From positions 2,110,208 to 2,174,207 of the forward strand of contig JAWQFM010000007.1 in the NCBI GenBank assembly GCA_033442325.1: DNA of 64,000 nucleotides. The letters run 5' to 3'. Source of the stretch: Salpingoeca rosetta (taxonomy: Eukaryota > Protista > Choanoflagellata). Made by a program: the position numbers and the translations under genes. The notes under the pieces were generated by a model. It saw only the letters and a list, made by a program, of their open reading frames with translations, was not told the origin of the DNA and ran no database searches. Of this stretch, positions 58,665 to 64,000 are shown piece by piece. Positions within the stretch are counted from its first letter, which is position 1; the number at the start of each line of letters is the position of its first letter.

Positions 58665-59376
58665 TTTGTCTTTCACATGGGTTTGCTTGTGCGTTTACGT
58701 GTTCATTTGGCAGTTTGAATTTTTTCTTGTATGTATGTTTGTTTGAGAGTTGCGCGCCTGTACCCCGCCATCGTGTGTGCTTCATCTTCGCTCTTATCTG
58801 GCTCGTTCAACAGACATGTTCTTGCTCTTGCACTTGGTTTACTCCGGCTTGCCGTGCTTGCTTGGTTGTATCGTTATCGGTGCATCCCACAAGATTCCGA
58901 CCACGCCTTCTTGCTGTTTCCGCTGGGTTTTGCATGTGTTGTTCATCTCGTCGCCTGTTGCCGCGTTGCTTGTGTTATGTTACATTACACACATGACTGT
59001 CTCGTTCTCAGTACAAGGTATCGCCGACCTGGTGTCACGGGTCACCACTGTGACGTGTCTTTGAACGCCCTTGCACATATTGTACGTGAACCTGCAAGCC
59101 AAACAACGACCTCCTCCGTCAATACACGTGCGTGCACGCCCACGTTGGTTTTACGTGGCATGCCTGCAGCCACCGTTGTGCGAAACGGGCCCGCACACGT
59201 TTATCTGAATTCAAGCCCTTTTGTGGGCCTTTGCTGACCCCGCACGTAGTACCCATGCCGTTCGCCCCGGTATTTAAACGACTTACAACACGGGAGCAAA
59301 GTGCAATCAAATCAAATTTTCATTCGTAAGACGTGGCGAATATTCGCTGGCGTTCATGGATTTCCGGTGGATGACG

Positions 59377-59488
<112 letters not shown>

Positions 59489-59643
59489 TGTGCACGCTAT
59501 GTATGCGTGTGCATTATGTGCGCGTTGAACGCGGCATTTTCTTTGTCCCTCTCAGACACAGCACGTCCCTCCTAGCTGTGTGACACGACAGCCCGATTTC
59601 GTCGACGGCGAGCGACCACACGACAACGCCCACGAAACCGACC

Positions 59644-62600
59644 ATGTCCATCCCGGCGGCCTTGCTTATGGAGGGCAGCCTCAAGGCGATCAGCGTCAGT
59701 GAGACATGTCCCACGCTCAGGTGAAGAAAGATCCAACACAGAATTTGCCAGCTAACTTGATGTTCCGAGGTCTTTAGCCAGATCACCAGAGCATATGCAA
59801 CCAGCTCAACTCGACTCGCACATGGCGATTGGCGCATGCATCGTAACTCGCCTCTTCCTTCCTGCTTACCTGACAAACGCTTCTCTGCCTCTTTCACCCT
59901 ACTGCCACTGCCCAACCACACACATGAAGGCTGACCAGCCTTGAACCTGGATCCGAGGTGCGCTTGAAGCAAGCGCTGGCTCGAAACACAAGTTTGGTCG
60001 CCCTCATGTAAGTGGAGGCCATCAAGGCCTATTGGCACATCACCAAGACACTCTGAACGCATTTGTCGCTGGTGTGTATATGTGTGCGTGCGCGTGCGTG
60101 CGTGCGAGTGCGTGTGTGTGGCTGATCAACATACCTACATATCTATGTGTGTGATGGTGCCTCTGCCTTGCAGAATTGAAACAGAAAGGCGGCTACCTGG
60201 GCTCGGAGCGGCGCTTGCTCACGCTCTGATTTTCAACACCACACTTCAGACCCTCGAGTAAGCTGTGGGGCGTGTATTGCTTTGTGGATACCACTGTCTC
60301 TTGTAGTACATACCGCGTTTGGTCTTTCTGAACCATTTACCAAATCACACACACGCTCACATTCACACGATGTGGGGTCCACAGCATTACCGGTGCACAC
60401 TGCGAAGGCAAGGCCGTTTCTCTGCTTGCTGAAACCCTCAAGAAGAACAGGAGCCTCACGTCTCTGCTGTCAGTACCACGCTCTCATACTGTTGTTTGTT
60501 GAGACAATGCACCTGAGGCATACACACACACACGCACACACGCACACGCATACGTGAGTCAGTGCCTTTGCCTTGATTTCGTCCTACGTTTTGTTGGAGT
60601 CCAATCAAACGCCCTCACAAAGTCGTCATACATCCGAATGGTTCTGTCTTCTCACCTTCACCAGGCTGAGAACCTGCGACTCAGATGGACTGCTTGCGCT
60701 CGCGGACGCCCTCACGCAAAATGATACGCTCAGCACTTTGACGTGAGCCTCGAGATGCGCGTGCGTGTTGGCTTGTATGTTGACGAGGAACAGCGTGTGC
60801 TGTTCTTGATGGCACGTGGTTTGCTTTCCTTGAAAGCACGGCCATTATTATCCTCCCTCCCTCCTCCACCGCCCTCTCTTCCTTTCCCCTTCTCCCATCT
60901 CTGCTTGGTTTAGCTCTGTGTTGTGTCTGCTCACGTGACTGTTGTGATGTGACTTACTGGCCGCGCTTGTGCAAATGCGTCTTCCCTGCAGACTCGGCGA
61001 AGGCATCATCAGCGAAGAGGCCGCACTCGCGTTTGCTCACACGATACAGGCAAACAAGGCCCTGACCGTCCTCAGGTACAAGTTTTGGCTGAGGGGCGTG
61101 CAGGGTTCCTGTGCGTGTTGCATTATGCAGTTCATGCCCGACCTTCCATTCCCCGACACTAAGCGTCCTGGCACAGCCACAATGTTTGTATGACGGGAAC
61201 CTTTCATGGCACGGATAACTTCTCCAGCCTTTCAATCACTGTGACGACGGCCCAAAGCGCACACGCACTCATACGTGCTTGTCAAATGAATGACTCCCTG
61301 GAGCAGCTCATGTGAGTACAACAGGTTGCACACCTGTCACCTGGCTTGCTTGTGATCACTTGGTCTGTTGTTGGTTCGCATCTGTTGGTGCACACATGCA
61401 CACGTGCATGCAATATGCATACGAACACGTGTGCAAGCACTCACTCACTCACACACACACACACACTCTCTCTCTCATATGTACTTTGGGTTGCTGTCAT
61501 GCACACACACACGTGCATGCCCGCCGCTCACACTCCCAATCCCTTCATGTCCCCCGCACCATCACACCAATCACCACTCGCAGGCTATCCACGAGCATCT
61601 GTCACACTGCAAAACCAGGCGCGCTGGAGCAGCTTCTCAGGGACAACTCAACGCTGCAGCGCCTCGAGTATGTCAATACCACCCGACCAAATACACACAT
61701 ACACACACACACACCACACCACACCACACCACACCACACCACACCACACACCACACCACACACACACACCCGTGCTGCGGATGGCTGTCGCAAGGGAACC
61801 ACCCCCTCCGTGTAGACACATGCACACTGTTCATGCGGATGCATGCATTCTATGTAATCTCCATCAGGCTCGATAGCGTTGATTCGCGGGAGGCAAGTGC
61901 ACTGGCCTCTGGACTGCGGAACAATGAGGTGCTGGAAAAGCTTGTTATCAAGAAGCAAGTGGGCGGCACGGACGGCAGCTGGGCACTCGCGCACATTCTT
62001 GTCAACAACATTGGACTCCAGACATTTGTGTAAGTTGATCGCGTGTATATGGTTGTCATCGAGTCGGGGAGGGTGGGAAAGGGGGGGGGGGGCGGCTCGT
62101 GTGTGCACGTAAGTCTGCCCCTGCGTTTGCGATCAACAATTGCACGAACAATTCGTCTTAGTGCCCCACCATAGGTGTGCACTCACATCCACATCTGCAT
62201 GCCCTATCGTACACACACACACTTCCGCACACACACGCATTCACTCACACACACTCTCTCTCCTTCGCTTCCACTGCCGTTTGACCAATTGACAGGCTGG
62301 GCCATGACAACAGTGAGAACGGACAATCTTGGCCGCTCGCGCGCGCACTGCGAACCAATAGCACCCTCACCTCCCTCACGTAAAGATTTGTTTTGTTGTT
62401 GGCTGGTTGCCGTTGCTCCATTCAGCGTGACGCACAGCGCTGATACTGCTGCTGCTGCTTTTGTTGCTCTTGTACAACCTTGTTACCTTTGTGCGCTTCG
62501 CAAACATGCATCATTCCTCACGCGCTCCGCCATTGATGCCACTCCACAATGCACACAAACATGATGCACTCACATTTACAATTGATGCGTACGCAGGCTA

Positions 62601-64000
62601 TTTGGTCCAATCTTATCTGATGCAGCTTGTGCACTGGCGGGTGCGCTTGCCAGTAACACTTCTCTCCGATCGCTTGTGTAAGCAGCACATAGATACACCA
62701 TCAACACACACGCCTGCACTCACCAATGTGTGCGGATGCAAGGCGCTGCCTGTGCTTATTTATCAGCCTTGCAGCCATGTTCCCAAACATAACACACGCA
62801 CACACACGCACGCACACACACACACACGCACGATCGTCACCGCATTCCTTGCTTGCTTTTCATTCTGCTGCCCAGGATCCTTGAAAATGAGCTGGACGAA
62901 GCAGGCGCATGGACACTAGCCAACGCCATCAAGAAGAACAAGTCGCTCCACAACGTTTCGTGAGTCGGCAGGCGTCCCTTGCACAAACTCTTTCATGCAT
63001 CGTCGTTGAGTGTCATGCATACACATGCACACACACATACACACGCGCACGCACGCACAAACACAAGAGGCGACGCCTTGTCTTCACACCACTGTCATCT
63101 TAAACAAGCCTGACTGTGCTTGCTTGCTCGCTTGTTCGCTTGTTCGCTTGTTGCATGACGGACTAGATTGTCAAACGGAACTGTGGGCGACGCCGGCGCC
63201 AAAGCATTTGCAGGGGTCATTGCACACAACACGTCCCTGCAATACCTCGAGTACGTGTTCAGCTGCTTGATGAGGGCAGAGGCTGTGGGTTGAGAGGGAG
63301 GGGGGTGGGGTGGCAATCGCTCCCCATTGTGCGATCTGTTCCTGTGTGTTTTCCACGTTTCCACGCCAATTCGGTTCACTCAGAACACTGTCGATAGCTA
63401 CTCACACTCACGTTACCTTGCCAACACCCAACTGGGGGTTCTGTTTGCACTGCTACGATGGCTTGGCCCCTCCGCCCTCCCGAATGCTTCTCCTTGCATG
63501 TGCCCAGCCTCAGCAATAACGGCATCAGCGGCGAAGGCATTTTGGACATTGTTCACGCTCTGGCATGGAACACCCAGCTCATCACCCTTGAGTATGTACA
63601 GGGCATCACATCAGTCAACTTTTTGATGATTTGATGTCACACCTTGCGTGATTAGCATGATGAGTCAAGCGTTGCGTGCGATAGTCATTTCTCTTACTGA
63701 TGCGTGCCCATGGTGTAGTTTGACGGGGAATGCAAATGACCGAGCACTGGGCGAAGAAGCCGCCAAGATGCTGTGTACCGTTCTGTAAGTTGTGTGTCTG
63801 CCTTGCCTTGGTCCAGAATGTACTCTGCAACAGTTTCATACCATGGTGCACACGTCTGGGTCCCTGTGTTGCTCCTTGCCGAGTGCTGTTGAGCTTTCGC
63901 CCAAGGAGCAAGCGGTTGAGTGCTTGGGTGCTTGCTGGGGTGGGGACCCACGAATTGTTGCCCTGACTCGCTTTTCGTGCGACTTGTGTGCAGGTTCGAT
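59644..64000 (+). CDS. Ribonuclease-inhibitor-type (NLRC3-like) leucine-rich-repeat protein, 3' end beyond the window
   Basis: Serial exons such as GLGAALAHALIFNTTLQTLE, GLLALADALTQNDTLSTLT, ISEEAALAFAHTIQANKALTVLR, LENELDEAGAWTLANAIKKNKSL, LSNGTVGDAGAKAFAGVIAHNTSLQYLE and LSNNGISGEGILDIVHALAWNTQLITLE. The start codon is inferred. Confidence 0.85.

Noticed and set aside
59514-60062. 182-aa minus-strand ORF
   Set aside because: No recognisable motif, and it overlaps the first two plus-strand exons of the LRR gene.

Overview
Eukaryotic, gene-dense, intron-rich DNA whose introns are filled with (GT)n/(CA)n microsatellites. The style and gene content (Shc-type PTB adaptor, PTP-PDZ, H-NOX guanylyl cyclase, LIMK/TESK-type kinase) point to a choanoflagellate, most likely Salpingoeca rosetta or a relative; this is inference. 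Most of the supplied ORF track is microsatellite noise, so I spliced genes by hand at GT..AG junctions. I can support 18 protein genes: PMM (partial), LDHD, BOLA2, SNIP1, ATG7, PH-LIMK/TESK-like kinase, H2A.X, H4, AK2, H-NOX soluble guanylyl cyclase, LAMTOR1-like, a small conserved hypothetical, a DUF5690-like transporter, a bZIP factor, a CDK-like pseudokinase, a Shc-like PTB/multi-tyrosine scaffold, a PTP-PDZ phosphatase, and an LRR protein with one repeat per exon (partial). Fourteen of the 18 sit in head-to-head pairs. The best candidate for an undescribed system is the Shc-like scaffold, whose tyrosine docking motifs lie on separate frame-symmetric mini-exons and which shares a ~270-bp divergent promoter with the tyrosine phosphatase. 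Complementary repeats bracketing introns are a second candidate. There are two 100-N assembly gaps.
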